Positions 1 to 13,746 of a DNA stretch of 64,000 bases are shown here, piece by piece (within the stretch, counting starts at the first letter, position 1; every line of letters starts with the position of its first letter). The stretch comes from Tubiluchus corallicola (Eukaryota; Animalia; Priapulida), in assembly GCA_030141605.1 (NCBI GenBank), contig JAQGDQ010000034.1, forward strand, positions 62,001 to 126,000, read 5' to 3'. The notes under the pieces were generated by a model. That model did no database searches. It worked only from the letters and a program-made list of their open reading frames with translations, and was not told the origin of the DNA. The translations under genes were made by a program, and so were the position numbers.

Positions 1-559
1 GGTAAAGTGTTACAAAAACTGCAACAATAGATGGTATATAGATGGCAAGTGAAGAAGCAAAAGAAGCCTTACAGCTTTTCCTTTTTGCAGCTGATTCAAT
101 GGCACTAGTAATAACATACGTCACACAGTAACACAAAGAGAACGCACAGAATAGTTACTAATAACAAAAACACAGTCAAGAACAGTTTCTGAAACCTTAT
201 ATGGACAACTGAGACTATTTAGTAGTAGAACAATCAGAGCATTGTACAAAAGCACATAAATGCACAACACTGTCATTAAAATGAGCAAACAACATTATGC
301 ACTATTAGCCATCATAGGCCTAGTACGTTTCAAAACGAAAAAGCATCACTTCAATCAGTTTTTGTAGCTAAGAAATAACAAGGGAGAAAGTAAAAAAAAC
401 TGCTATACGTTTGTGAAAATTGAGTAAACCTGCAAGAACAAGTTGCAAACCTAAATGTGTGTTTAGTCCAGCTAAAACAGGTCAAAAGTAACAGTATGCA
501 TATATCGTCCACATCCACAGTTCCAGTTGATGCAGTGTTTAGCTGATTAGTTAATATAA

Positions 560-1250
560 CATAAATTTGTGTCGCAAATTTGAAGTGGAATTTCCAGGAT
601 GTGATATGGATTATGATATGGAAAATGGATTATTGCAATGACCGTTTCACAAATTTGGATTGGAGCAGGTAAAAAGTTTTCTCCATATTACATCACTTTT
701 TTAATTTTCTGTCTGATTAGCGTAAATGTTATAATACTTTTTAATAGTTGGCACTCATTCATTATCTTGTTATAAATGTGCTCATTTCCATTAAGATCTG
801 ACTGATCAGGCTGATAGTAATGGTACATAGCAAATACACTTTTGTGGCCAATTGTTTTTCTGCAGTAAAGTATTTAATATTTCAAGGTATAAAGCAAAGA
901 GTTCAGAAGTTTTTTGATATTTCTGGAAATAAAACATTGAAGTGTTTACATCAAGTAATGACAGCCTTGACCCACACATATTGGTTAGTTGCAAATAAAG
1001 ATGCCAAAGAATATAATGGCAAAGTTGCAAGAAAAAAGGAGCTGAACCTATTGGGATTATACTGATGTTTAGTAATGCAGACATTGCCAATATTTGTAAG
1101 AAAACTGTTTGTAACAAAACCATTTAAAGAATCAAGTCAAATTTTTAAATCTCTACAAAAATTTGACAAAGAATTTAGCGACTTCTTGATGTTATAACTT
1201 TGGGTTTTTGTACACAGATATTTGTACATATCTATGAAAGTGTATGAGCT
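560..1250 (+). mobile_element. Possible highly decayed hAT-type transposase relic
   Basis: Broken frames give CAH-like (about 778-790) and LTHTYWL (ORF 820..1065) segments in the order of the HCxAHxLNL and TRW motifs of hAT transposases. Many stops and frameshifts; boundaries approximate. Confidence 0.25.
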
Positions 1251-4200
1251 ATTTCATATTTTACATATTGCTACCTATCTTTTGTTTAGTATGTTGCTAT
1301 AGTTATAATCAAATTGTTATGCATAATGGACAAATGATAAGACGGATGTAGGAATAACAGTGAGTTGCATTAATTAACCAACAGACGAAAGTGAAAGTTT
1401 CATTTATAAATTAAAGTCAAATATGTGACAAATATTAGGCTGCAAGATTCTATTAGTAAGAAGTGATTAGGTTATATACAATCCTGACTTTTTTGAAAAC
1501 GGCATGAAAAACTGAGATGAAATTGCCAAACTAAAGTGGATAAAGGGAATGCTAGTGGAATGTGATATGAGTAGTAATGTCCACAAAGTTGTTCATCATT
1601 TTGGGAAACAAAATTAAGCATTCTTCAACTGTACATTGTTCAATTTTTTTCTGCAGCTATGCTAGTAAGTTTCCAAATGCTCAAACTTCCTATTTGCAGT
1701 TTCCTGCACATGGAAGGTTTCTAGAGCAACAGCTTTTCTACTCAAACCATGGTCTCACAAGGCAAGAATTTAGGATTTTGTGAAGCTTGTCTGATGGTAT
1801 GAGAAAATATAAGCATGAGAGAGTGTGTGAATGCTGGTGTGTGTCATTGCCGTCTCCAATTAATTAGCCATTAGTACCATCGGTATAAGTATGATGTTCC
1901 TCTTAATGTGTGTACGTGCTTCAGAGCAATGGGTTTTCATATGACCAGTTCAATCAATCTCATGTTCTCAATGATGGTGACAGATGCACATACGACTTAG
2001 CCATCATTCATCACTAAATTATCGAATTTATCTCTGCAGAAGAAAGACATTAAGGAGTTGATTAAAGGTAAGAAGATCCATTTTCTTGTTGACGTCACTG
2101 CCATGCGTAAAGTAAATAATAGATAAATAATCCCTGAATGCTATAAAAGGCCCTAAGCTTCTTGATGAAATATTGTCGCACATTCTATTAAATCTGAATA
2201 TGCTCATGGCCCTGAATTACTTTATCAGACGTTACGCTGATAATCTTTTGTCTGATGCTTGACGAGACACAAATTCAGGAGACACAGTGCTGATATTAAT
2301 ACTGATAGAATAATAAATGTGGCAAGAAACATATTAGAGACAGGAGCTGCAGAAAAGTTCACCAAACAAAGAAGTTGTCTGCTTGCATCTCTTGCAATAA
2401 TACTTCTACAATTTCTTTGTCCAGTCTGCTAAATTGTTGTCATCAACTGCAAAGTTCAAAAGGAACTTAGGACAAATAGTTGCTGTAACACTGTGACATC
2501 AATGATAACCCCTATGCATTTATGCTGTATGTTGTACAGTTTAACAGTATTAGTTCAAGGAGCACAAAGCGTAAACTTCTGTATATTAAGAATGAAACTG
2601 CTGATTTCAAAAGGTGAATACGGGACAAATTAATTCAAATTTTAAGTGAGCATAAAGACCAATTCTATCCATGATCACTAATTGTTCTTTTATCATAAAT
2701 GATTGATACCAAATTTTGCAAAAGTGCAAAAATTAGTGCCAAATGAGAAGGATTCTCAAAGAACCTGCATCAATGGACAGATGAAAAGTTAGGATGACAG
2801 CAAACAAAACGCAATCCATCAACCCCACAGTGGAAACAGTTTCAGGCCCCAATGCCATTTTATAATTATGCATACAGCATTAACAAGTAGTAATCAAGAG
2901 GTAAGTTGCATAGAGCACACGGTGCTACCATGTAGTCCAATTTCCAAAGCAACCGTCTAAAGTCAGGCATCTGAGTGATGTTTTCAAGAATCCTTCAAAG
3001 TACTCATCAGATTTTAGTAAAACTTGTCACAAAGACTTCGCAACCATCAACGAGTAATTAGTAACTCATAGAAAGCATCAAAACTATATCAAGTTTGTGA
3101 CCCCATATCTTCGTTGACATCACTTAGTGAATGATCATCAGTCAAATGCACAGTAAATGATAGATAATAGATAAATACTCCTCATACAATAAGAAGCTTA
3201 ACTGCACTCGCCGTAATAATAATAGCCCGGAATACAATAGCGACCTGCTGGCTAGTATGATTACCTAAAATCCTATTATACAGGATTATTATACTGAATG
3301 TCAGATGCGCAACATTTATCAGAGGGAGAAATTTGTTTGTCGCTTCTTGAGATTTCATTCGAGTAAGAATTCATGATGTGGACAAACGTATTGCTAATGT
3401 GTATTTGTTTAATGATACTGGTTCGGCTGGGACAAATTTCAATAGATTAGAAACTTGCCAAAAATTTGAGGTTATATTTTTGCAAAGGATGCCGTTTAAA
3501 GTATTCTTTTGTGGACATAGAGTGTAAAATCTGCCACCTAGAGATGACAGATGCTGATGAATGGTTGAAATGTGGTGTAATAGTTACGGAATCAATAAAT
3601 TATATGTAATTACAATGTTAGGGGTGCATAGAAGATAAGAAGAGTCCTTGGTCTTCGCTATATTGTTAATGACCAACTAAGACATGAGGTCATTTGGTTG
3701 TAGTATGCAAAAATGACAGCAGAAGCATGATATTTTGGTGGGACCTCCGTAGTTTTCGAACAGAAAAAAATAAACGGGAGTTGTTTGTTCAGGTGTTCAA
3801 CACAAATGTGTGCATCGCACCTCATGCGTCTGCATCATCACAGCTGCTCAGAATTTCTTCTGAGCATTGCAAAACTGATTAGCTACAATTAGTAGCAATC
3901 GAATCAGAAATACAATAACGTTGTTATTACCTTAAGCTGTGTATTGGGTTTACTGTTTCTGGTCAAAAATTCTGAGGCTACTACGTCGCCTGTTAAGGTC
4001 AGCTAATATATGTGTAACGCTTTCAGTTTAATCAGTTAAAATTCTTGGCATCACCACTGTAGAAATATCTACTGTATGTTTTTGTCAACCAATATATTCG
4101 ATTAATTTGCCAAGTTCAGGTTGGTAAGGGATGTATGTCCATACTATATGATAAAAATTATAATTCATACCCATTGACAATCATTAATTAATTTCATTAT

Positions 4201-4754
4201 ATATATATACTAGACTGATGTTTTTATATTGTGTTGATTGTATTTTTCATGCTTTGTGATTTAGTTATTGACAATATCTCTGAAGAACCATTAAATGAGA
4301 CTCAACACTTGCAGGAGAACTTGGTAGTAAGCGAATTTTCTCAGCTAAACTGCAGCTAACGACTGACCTAGAATCTAAAACCCCCAAAATTCCAAGTTGT
4401 GCAACAAGTTTTTGCATATGTTCTTGCTTCTGTTGCAAGTGCTTCAAATTTTTTGGTGTTTTCAGATATGAAACTCAGACAACATTGAAAAGAAGGGAGC
4501 AATGCATCTTAAACATGAAATACTGTCATCTCCATGAACTTGGTCACAAAGTCTTTTCACAAGAGGTTAGTCTTCAACTCTCTAATCTTCAAACTGCTGT
4601 CACATACTTTCGAAGCTAGAAATGTTCTCTGAAATGAGATGCATCAAAATTGCAACTACGACAAAGAACTTAAGCGCTTACCTTAACATATTGCAGCTGG
4701 ACTGAGTTATCCATTTTAGCAGACAACATGAAACTTCCGATTATATAAAACAGA

Positions 4755-5636
4755 ATGGATCTTACTTCGTACTTGTACAACATTGCGCTTGCTATAATTG
4801 GCATTACAGCTATAGCAGGGAATATGTTAGTTGTCCTGTCTATGATAAAGTGCAGAGAACTGCGCCATAATCGTAATTACTTGTTAACATCTCTTGCAGT
4901 AAATGATCTGCTTTATGGAATATACATGTTGATTTTGGTATTTTACTGCACACTAGGATCTAACTGCAGCAACACGTACACCTTAGCACTGGATTATTAC
5001 TTCGGAACATGCAGTCTGTACAACATGTTTGCAGTAGCACTAGAGAGATATATTGCTGTGATGAGACCACTACAGTATGCACACTTAGTCACACATGGAA
5101 GAATATTCTGGACAATATTAGCTGTCTGGTTGCTAAGTTCATCAGTTCCTATTGCTGTGTGTTTATCACTAGGAGTGGAAGCAGGAGACAGCAACTTTTT
5201 CTTTTTAAATGCATCGGTTGTATTTCTCATGATCTCAGTTATATTTCATTTCATACCAGTCATAATAACCCTGATAGCATACATCAGAATATGGCGAGTA
5301 GCAATTAAACTTTTCAACCGAATAAAGACAGAATACGAGATGATGCAGATCTATATGGTAGAGCAACCACAACGTCAAACCAGGAACGGAGAATCGCAAG
5401 AACCACAAAAGAAGGCAACCACAACTATTGGCATTATATTACTTGGCTTCACCATTGCTTGGACAATGTACATATCCGTGCTCACCAGCGAAACATTCTG
5501 TAACTGTGACGTGAACATTCCGATGCTAGTTAGTTACCTATTCATATACGGAAATTCTGCCATTAACCCAATTGTGTTTGCCTGGAAAAGTCCCGACTTT
5601 CGGAAAGCTTTTCATTCAGTGTTAGCACACTCTTAA
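4755..5636 (+). CDS. Class A (rhodopsin-like) GPCR, paralog 1, intronless CDS, aminergic-like
   Basis: 293 aa, 7 hydrophobic segments; GN (TM1), LAVND (TM2), D3.32 in LALDYY, ERY, W4.50, FHFIP, YGNSAINPIVF, helix 8 FRKAF. Confidence 0.93.
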   Translation: MDLTSYLYNIALAIIGITAIAGNMLVVLSMIKCRELRHNRNYLLTSLAVNDLLYGIYMLILVFYCTLGSNCSNTYTLALDYYFGTCSLYNMFAVALERYIAVMRPLQYAHLVTHGRIFWTILAVWLLSSSVPIAVCLSLGVEAGDSNFFFLNASVVFLMISVIFHFIPVIITLIAYIRIWRVAIKLFNRIKTEYEMMQIYMVEQPQRQTRNGESQEPQKKATTTIGIILLGFTIAWTMYISVLTSETFCNCDVNIPMLVSYLFIYGNSAINPIVFAWKSPDFRKAFHSVLAHS

Positions 5637-6570
5637 TCAGTAATTAAGTAAAAACTGACTGACACAAAGAATATTAGATCACAAAAATGGGATTTAACAG
5701 CTCAAAGTACTAAGATAGCAATCGGCCCTGGATTAGTCATTGGGCAAAATAAGCACGTACTTAAGGCCTCAGCGGAAGGGGGCCCCCACACAGTTCTTTA
5801 AAATTGAATAATTACCCAAAAACAAAATATACTGGAATATGTCTGGCATTTCTGTGTTTATTTACAACACGACGGTACAGACCGGCATTGAGATTCTGGC
5901 TCACTGCCCATATAGTGATATTAATTGATTGTATAATGTGTCATAATATATTTCAAGAATGGTAATGCTTATCAAAATATGGTGATACTGAAAACCAGAT
6001 AATGTTGCTTTTGACTGAATGTATTTTATCACATGGTAATGACTACATCAGCTTGTATTTCATTAAGTGAGGTTGGTAATATGTCCATAAGTAATTATTG
6101 GACGTGGTGCTGGTGCCAGGAATTTTATTGTACATACTTTTTTGCATACGATATGTTGCTGTATTATCTACTGAAGTAGACATATATGTGGCACCATAAT
6201 CTTTTCAGTGCTTGACAGTGCAATCCAGTATTTGCACAGACTTCGTTTCCACAACATAAACTCAAAAAAATTGTGGTCTGAAAATTTATAAACAAAAGGG
6301 TGTCTACTGAAAGAATACACAAAATTATGCATTAGTACAAGCCCACATTTTGGACAACAAGGATATCTAGAAAATTATATTATAGTCGTTATCAGAGTAA
6401 TAGACAAATAATTTGCCTAATTTGATGGTAATGGTGATATTGTTGGCAATCCAAGAGTGCCATAAATGCACTGTTACCCAAAAAACTAAACATCATTCGT
6501 TTTGCCATATATATTAGACGTCTCAAATTATATAAACTATCGATAAAGTGATTTAATGCACCCAACTACG

Positions 6571-7042
6571 CAGACACAAGCTCAGGTAAACATCACTTAG
6601 TGAAGGAAAACAATAATACACCGTTTCACACATTGCAAAATTAGTTTGAAATTGCCAGTGGACAAAATACAACATTTTATACAACAGCAAATCTGTTTTC
6701 CATTACGTGACACTGTTTTGACAAATTGCAGAGTTTATTATAAAAAGCTGGTGTATAATAATAGAAACTATTTGGGTAAATAGTGAGAAATATGATAAAA
6801 ACTGACATTACGTGAAAGTAGTAATGTTCTGATTGTCTTCTAATTAAAGTGATGTATGCTGATGGTAAAACATGTTCTATATCACAAACTAGGGAGTGTG
6901 CAGTAATAAACTAGAAATCCGATAAAACATTTCTGGCAATATTCGTATTTTATTTGGGATACAATTTTCTAAGCTCTCTTGCATATTTTAAAGTATGTAA
7001 TGTACGTTTATAACTTATTGTTGACATTCTAGTTTTAAAATA
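6571..7042. repeat. Longer copy of a segment duplicated at 7572..7853
   Basis: Near-identical from cagacacaagctcaggtaaacatcac to the ttaaaata end; this copy has an extra 192 bp (6757-6948) bounded by GTAT microhomology. Confidence 0.85.
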
Positions 7043-7463
7043 GGCTGCCCAAACAAGTCCTCAATATCTGTGTTCTGAAATGCAAAAATTACAGAGGCCC
7101 ATGCAGCTTTTGCAACCATATCCTTTGATGGGCCTGATAACGTAATAAATTCCTAATAACGTAACACCAAAGATAGCCGTAGCAGAAAATGAACGATACC
7201 GTAATATGAATGAAAAATGTAGCAATCTTTCTCTCAAAAGACCATGTAAATCAAAAAAACTAAAAACATAACAATTTTTCACTTCATTAATAACGTAACA
7301 AGCAGTAACTTTGTGAAAGTTTAAGTTTATTAGCCAATTTTAACATTATTCTAATAAAAGTGTATATTAAAAATATTTAGACACATTAGAAAGTGTCTAG
7401 GACATCGTGCGGAATAAAAATAGGACAACGATGGAAACTTTTGTTCATTTTCTTTCTGCTGCC

Positions 7464-8471
7464 CTCTCTCACAGTGAATGAGCTACTTCATGGAAAACTA
7501 ATGGTGACTATGTTTCTGCTGCACATTGGGAGCAAACTGTAATAATACGTATACTTTAATGGTAAATTACACAGACACAAGCTCAGGTAAACATCACCTA
7601 GTGATTCCTAAAACAATAATACACCGTTTCACACATTGCAAAATTAGTTTGAAATTGCCAGCGGACAAAATGCAACATTTTATACAACAGCAAATCTATT
7701 TTCCGCTACGTGACACTGTTTTGACAAATTGCAGAGTTTATTACACAAAGCTGGTGTATTTTATTTGGGATACAATTTTCTAAGCTCTCTTGCATATTTT
7801 AAAATATGTAATGTACGTTTATAACTTATTGTTGACAAACTAGTTTAAAAATACTAGTACTTCTTACTATTACTTTGCAGTCTGTATATATGTGTGTAGT
7901 AGCACTAGGGTGGTATGCTGTAGTGATGTGACCGGTCACAAGTACTATGATATTTTGAACAATACTAGCTGTCTGGTTGTTGAGTTCATCAGTCCCTACA
8001 GCTGTACCAGTTGTAATACTGGAAGCAGAAGTAGCTTTTTTCTTTGACATAAGTATCTATTAAATTTCCCATAATCTCGGTTTTATTTTGTTTGATCCTA
8101 GTAATAATAATACTGATTGTATTCATCAGAATATGGCAAGAAGTAATTAAATGATTCAAAAGAATAAAGAGCGAATATCAGATGATGTAGATTTACAAAA
8201 TGAACAGCCACAGTCTCAAACGAAGGATGGAGGAGTAGAAGAGCCACGAAAAAAATAACTACAACTATCATGATCATACTGCTCGACATTGCCATTTACT
8301 CGATCTTGTTTATATCAATGTTTATCACAGATGTAGTGTGTGATGAACTGTGAATATTAGTTACCTAGTCCTGTATGGAAAGTCAGCCATTAAACCACTG
8401 TATATGCCTGGAAAAGTCCTGACTTTAGAAAAACTTTCCACTCTGTTTTAGCACGCTTAGGCAATCAATAA
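7464..8471 (+). pseudogene. GPCR pseudogene A (no recognisable 5' part, interrupted, frameshifted)
   Basis: DNA homology to neighbouring paralogs: TM2-ECL1 at 7464-7570 (GANCNNTYTL), then TM3-TM7 from about 7855 (gctgtctggttgttgagttcatcagt, catcagaatatggc, tatgcctggaaaagtcctgacttt) with stops and indels. Confidence 0.88.
7572..7853. repeat. About 280-bp insertion in pseudogene A, copy of 6571..7042 with an internal deletion
   Basis: Direct sequence match to 6571-6756 plus 6949-7042; it splits the TM3-coding region. Confidence 0.85.
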
Positions 8472-8968
8472 ATATTGTAGAACAAGAAATAGAAATGTAG
8501 TCATAGTAAGATAATACACAGGACAACTAGAACGAATTGCAAAAATGGATGGTCACACACAACATTGAGAAACAGACAAACTAGACAGAATAATATTATC
8601 TGTCACATTACACAGCAGGTCTTTTTTCAAAGAGTCCAGCAAAATACTATTAGGACACCAAAACTACGTAAATCAAGTTGAAAATTTGGGCAGTTACTTA
8701 ATTATTATCATCTACTCCAAAAAGACAGAACAGAACGTAGTTACTGTGGACCAAGTGCCATGAGCTTGATTTGGCTCTTAAAATCTAAGTCCCAGTTAGG
8801 TTTGTTTAATTTGGGTTCTTTTCGGAGAAATGCTGTGACATCACTAATTACTATGACCCACAGTTTTACAGCCACCGCTTTAAAGGTCAGGAAAAGCAAT
8901 GATGAGATACGCATATGGAATACAGAGCTTTTGATTCCAACTGCAAAGTTTGTCTTTTAATTGTACCC

Positions 8969-9960
8969 GACTTTTTCTCTCAAAGAGTTCATCAGGGAGC
9001 TGCCTTAGTAGTGACTTTTTCCCTCAGAGAGCTCACCAGGGAGCTGCCTTAGTACTAACTTTTCTCTCAGAGAGTTCACCAGGGAGCTACCTTAGTAGTG
9101 ACCTTTTCCTCACATAGTTCACCAGGGAGCTACCTTAGTAGTAACCTTTTCCTCACATAGTTCACCAGGGAGCTACCTTAGTAGTGACCTTTTCCTCAGA
9201 GAGCTCACCAGGGAGCTGCCTTAGTAGTAACCTTTTCCTCACATAGTTCACCAGGGAGCTACCTTAGTAGTGACCTTTTCCTCAGAGAGCTCACCAGGGA
9301 GCTGCCTTAGTAGTAACCTTTTCCTCAGAGAGTTCACCAGGGAGCTGCCTTAGTAGTAACCTTTTCCTCACAGAGTTCACCAGGGAGCTGCCTTAGTAGT
9401 AACCTTTTCCTCACAGAGTTCACCAAGGAGCTGCCTTAGTAGTGACCTTTTCCTCAGAGAGTTCACCAGGGAGCTGCCTTAGTAGTAACCTTTTCCTCAC
9501 ATAGTTCACCAGGGAGCTACCTTAGTAGTGACCTTTTCCTCAGAGAGCTCACCAGGGAGCTGCCTTAGTAGTAACCTTTTCCTCACATAGTTCACCAGGG
9601 AGCTACCTTAGTAGTGACCTTTTCCTCAGAGAGCTCACCAGGGAGCTGCCTTAGTAGTAACCTTTTCCTCAGAGAGTTCACCAAGGAGCTGCCTTAGTAG
9701 TGACCTTTTCCTCAGAGAGTTCACCAGGGAGCTGCCTTAGTAGTGACATTTTCTTCAGAGAGCTCACCAGGGAGCTGCCTTAGTAGTGACCTTTTCCTCA
9801 CAGAGTTCACCAAGGAGCTGCCTTAGTAGTAACCTTTTCCTCACAGAGTTCACCAAGGAGCTGCCTTAGTAGTGACCTTTTCCTCAGAGAGCTCACCAGG
9901 GAGCTGCCTTAGTAGTAACCTTTTCCTCACAGAGTTCACCAAGGAGCTGCCTTAGTAGTA
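8969..9960. repeat. 43-bp minisatellite, 23 copies
   Basis: Unit RACCTTTTCCTCASAKAGYTCACCARGGAGCTRCCTTAGTAGT head-to-tail with no spacers; period 43 (e.g. 9111 to 9154). Confidence 0.97.
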
Positions 9961-10129
9961 AAAACATTGCATTGTCATCTCGCACCTTAAAGTGGCTTTC
10001 CACAAACACTTAATAAAAATGTATATACAAAACCATAACGAGTATTTCATATTCATGAAGCAACGGATTTTGGAATCAATAAACAGAATCCCATAATTTA
10101 AAACTCGAGTTAGAAGTGCACCAAGAGCG

Positions 10130-10290
10130 GTAAGTATCCCCTAATAAGAGTGAACGCCAGTGGTTTACTAATGTTGGAGGAGCTGTTGTCATATGTGGCC
10201 AACATCAGTGTTAATCATAAATTTCACGCACTCTTTCTGCATATGCCTGTTTCTTACGTTATGACTGTTCGAGATTTTCATTGTTTTCAG
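10130..10290 (+). other. Putative 5' UTR intron of GPCR paralog 2
   Basis: CG|GTAAGT donor at 10130 and TTGTTTTCAG acceptor at 10290. Similar TTTTCAG acceptors lie about 290-310 bp upstream of paralog 1 (about 4465) and pseudogene B (14963). Confidence 0.5.
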
Positions 10291-10603
10291 GTGTAGAAAA
10301 GCCTAGGCCTTTGAAGAGGAGAAAAATACAATTCAGTAGTGACAAGTGGAGCAGACGGAGCGTCAACAAGCCAGCACACCAGCAAGATTCATTAATACAC
10401 CTATAAGAATTTTTCTTAAAACGACATTTTTAACTGATACACATTTCATGGTTACTGGCTTACTGCTACAGTTAAAACTTCGAAGCAGGCAATATTCGCA
10501 GAAAACATAGTGTATAGAAACTACTGCCATGTCATAGAACCAAACTGATTTTGTAACAGAAGTAGCAGATTGAGTTGTACATACAGGCTTACACAAAGAC
10601 AAA

Positions 10604-11485
10604 ATGGACCTTACTGTGTACTCATACTATGCTGTGCTTGCTATAATTGGTATGGTAGCTATTGCAGGCAACACATTAGTTGTTGTGTCAATGATAAAAT
10701 GCAGAGAACTGCGTTATAATCGCAATTACTTGCTAACATCTCTTGCAGTAAGTGATCTAGTTTACGGGGTATACATGGTGATTTTGTCATTTTACTGTAC
10801 ACTGGGAACAAATTGTGCTAACATGTACACATTAACAACAGACTATTACTTTGGCACATGCAGTCTGTACAACATGCTTGCAGTAGCACTAGAGCGTTAT
10901 GTGGCTGTTATGAGACCACTACGGTACGCACAGCTAGTCACAAGAACGAGAATATTCTGGACAATATTAACTGTGTGGTTGTCGAGTTTGTTGATCCCTG
11001 TTGCAGTAGCATTATCACTCGAAATGGAAGGAGCGGTATTCATTATACGAATACCGCTTACATTTCTTATAATTTCGATTATATTTCACTATATGCCAGT
11101 CGTAGTAACACTGACCGTGTACATCAGAATATGGCGAGAAGCGATCAGGCAATTTGACAGAATAATGACCGAATATCAGATGATGCAGATTTATGTGGTA
11201 CATCAGCAACAATCTCAAGCAAGGGATGGAGGAGCACGAGAGCCACAAAGAAAAGCAACTACGACTATTGGGATAATTCTGCTTGGCTTCGTTATTTCCT
11301 GGACATTTTACGTATCACTGCTCATGAGGGATGTGCTGTGTGACTGTGTCACCAATTTACCAAAGCTAATTAGCTACCTAGTACTTTATGGAAATTGTGC
11401 CATTAACCCTGCAGTATATGCATGGAAAAGTCCAGACTTTCAAAAGGCTTTCAAATTTGTCATTACTTGCCGCGCAAATCGGTAA
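10604..11485 (+). CDS. Class A GPCR, paralog 2
   Basis: 293 aa, 7TM; LAVSD, D3.32 (TTDYY), ERY, FHYMP, CDC in ECL3, NPAVY. Confidence 0.93.
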   Translation: MDLTVYSYYAVLAIIGMVAIAGNTLVVVSMIKCRELRYNRNYLLTSLAVSDLVYGVYMVILSFYCTLGTNCANMYTLTTDYYFGTCSLYNMLAVALERYVAVMRPLRYAQLVTRTRIFWTILTVWLSSLLIPVAVALSLEMEGAVFIIRIPLTFLIISIIFHYMPVVVTLTVYIRIWREAIRQFDRIMTEYQMMQIYVVHQQQSQARDGGAREPQRKATTTIGIILLGFVISWTFYVSLLMRDVLCDCVTNLPKLISYLVLYGNCAINPAVYAWKSPDFQKAFKFVITCRANR

Positions 11486-11510
11486 CTGTTAACAAACCAA
11501 TGGTAGAGTG

Positions 11511-11511
<1 letters not shown>

Positions 11512-11547
<36 letters not shown>

Positions 11548-11551
11548 TATA
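11512..11551. repeat. (AT)n microsatellite
   Basis: About 20 AT units just 3' of paralog 2. Confidence 0.95.
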
Positions 11552-11958
11552 AGTAATAACAAACACTGCATTTGAATAGTTTTTCTTACTTTGGCCTGCT
11601 AAAGTAGTCAAGAAAACAAACAATTCAGTGAATATAAGAAACGTTTGTGCAGTGTTAAGTTAAACACAAACATCACCTAGCGAAGTGGTCCCTGGTCAGA
11701 GTGAATGCCAGAGGTTTACTAATCTCGTGGGAGCTGTGGTCATATGAGACTGGCGGTACTTTCCCTGTTTTTCTGTGCTTTTGCTTACTTTGAATTCTTT
11801 ACTGCAGCAAATTTGATTGTGGATTAAAAGAGAAGGTAAGTGGTAAAAAAAGCCTGTGAATCTAAGTGTAGGACAAAATCAGAGTTTATTAAGGTCAAAT
11901 CTTGTGTTTCTGTGTATAAGGAGTAAAATGTAAAGACACAAAAGAGAAATCCTCTGAC

Positions 11959-12320
11959 ACTAATGGACAATTGACGTTAACAGACCACTTCTCCCACTCG
12001 TCAGACTGCTGATTCAAGGGTTAACTGTAATTGCTGTTGACAAACTAGATTTTCAAAAACAAACATCTCACTTTCTTGAAAGCTTCATAGTTTTGTCTAA
12101 CTGTTTATAAGTGCTAATTAATGTGGAATCCTTTGTTTCCTTCACCTGTGTGTATGGAGACTATGAAGTACAAGCAGTGAGTGAAATATTCTCAAACTAA
12201 TGGACAATTGGCTCTAACTGATCACTTCTCCAATCTTTTAATCTGCTGATTCGAGGGTTAAGTGTAATGTTGGTTGACGAACCTAGCACTATTTCTTTAA
12301 AGCTTCATAGTTTTGTCTAA
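11959..12320. repeat. Diverged local duplication (about 130-140 bp x2)
   Basis: actaatggacaattg...ctgctgattc.agggttaa...aaagcttcatagttttgtctaa at about 11959-12100 and 12196-12320. Confidence 0.8.
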
Positions 12321-13746
12321 GATAAGATTTTGCTCATTCTTTATAGGCTTTTCATATTAGCCTGCACAACAGAAAAACATTTGGCAACTTCAGCACATAT
12401 CTAAAATGACCTGGTGGCTAAGTCACCAAAAAGAAAAGCTCATGTATATATAGTAATTAAATGTACTAATTAGTAATAAAATAATTAAAAATGCTCGATG
12501 ACTTTTTCTAAAAACGTACTTTACTTAAACTACATTAATTAGGTGTTCACTTTTTTTCAGTTTTAGCTTTGCTGCAATGGCATGTAGTAAGTAAATGCCA
12601 AGTACTCACATTGTTGTTGTTATTGCTGTTACTACTGTTTTTGCTGCTGTTCTTGGTGTTGTACACGCTTCATAAAAAGTGCAAACACTTTGTAGTAGAT
12701 GATCGTATCACAATCAGACATAATAGGAATATACACTGGGGAACTACCGACACAGCAAGGATGCAGCAGTTTCTCCACTTACCAGTCAGGTACCCTGGGG
12801 AAAGTATATGTTGCTATTGAATCTTCATAAGTAATTTCACTCATGCCATTTTTGTACTGATTCTTCCAGGAGCAAACTAGCATAATTTCAAAATTATTAA
12901 TAATGAGAAGCTATAAGGGTATCACCTAATCATAATGAGGGTGAGAAGGTAGACAGAAATAATAATTATAATGCTTTATAATATTCTTTATTATTATGAT
13001 TAAAAATTATAGTGCCCAAATTTTTTTCCATCATACACTTTCCTGGGTGCCATGTGCCCAAAACCAAGCAGAAAAGTTAAAGAGGATAGTAAAAACATTT
13101 GTACAAGGATATGTGTGATGTGCAGACGTATACATGTTATATTCATGTTTACATATAATATTCATATGTAAATACACATGTGCACACTGCACAAACACAC
13201 AGAAATCATGCATTTATCTAGAGAAATGGTACAACAACAAAATATGTGAAGTAATTTTCCAAGATTAGCAACTTCCTTTACTATCAATTCCTTATGTTTA
13301 CAGCTTTGCTACATTTTTGAACAAAGGCATTAATTTTCCCATGAAAACCATAAAAGAAGCTTATACTAGGCAGCAAGCCAGCCAAGCAGAAGAAAGGCAA
13401 ACGCAAACAAGAAAATATTCACATGGCAGTATCAGGCTGATGCGCTTATGATTGTAATGCTCACATTAAAAGCAAAAATTAATGATTAAACGGGACGAAA
13501 CGTATTTACTGATGCCATTAGGTTAAATCTCTGGTGCAAAAGACACAACAGCATTTATGCCTATAATAATAATGAATGTTTCTGCTAATACCATGATTAC
13601 ATAAAAGTTATGATGTTGTAGTTAAATCTTTTCAAAAAGGGTTAAATTCTCAAGGTAATGGAAACCACAGATACAACAATGCGTCTAAATTTGCTTGTTA
13701 AGTCTAGCAGAGTAAGTTGTGCATACCGGTTTGTACAAAAGATAAA

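Noticed and set aside
8969-9960. CRISPR array
   Set aside because: Units are contiguous with no unique spacers, there are no cas genes and the context is eukaryotic; it is a minisatellite.
8879-9990. TTAA-flanked transposon enclosing the minisatellite
   Set aside because: The ends (ttaaaggtcagg and gcaccttaa) match over too few bases to call TIRs.
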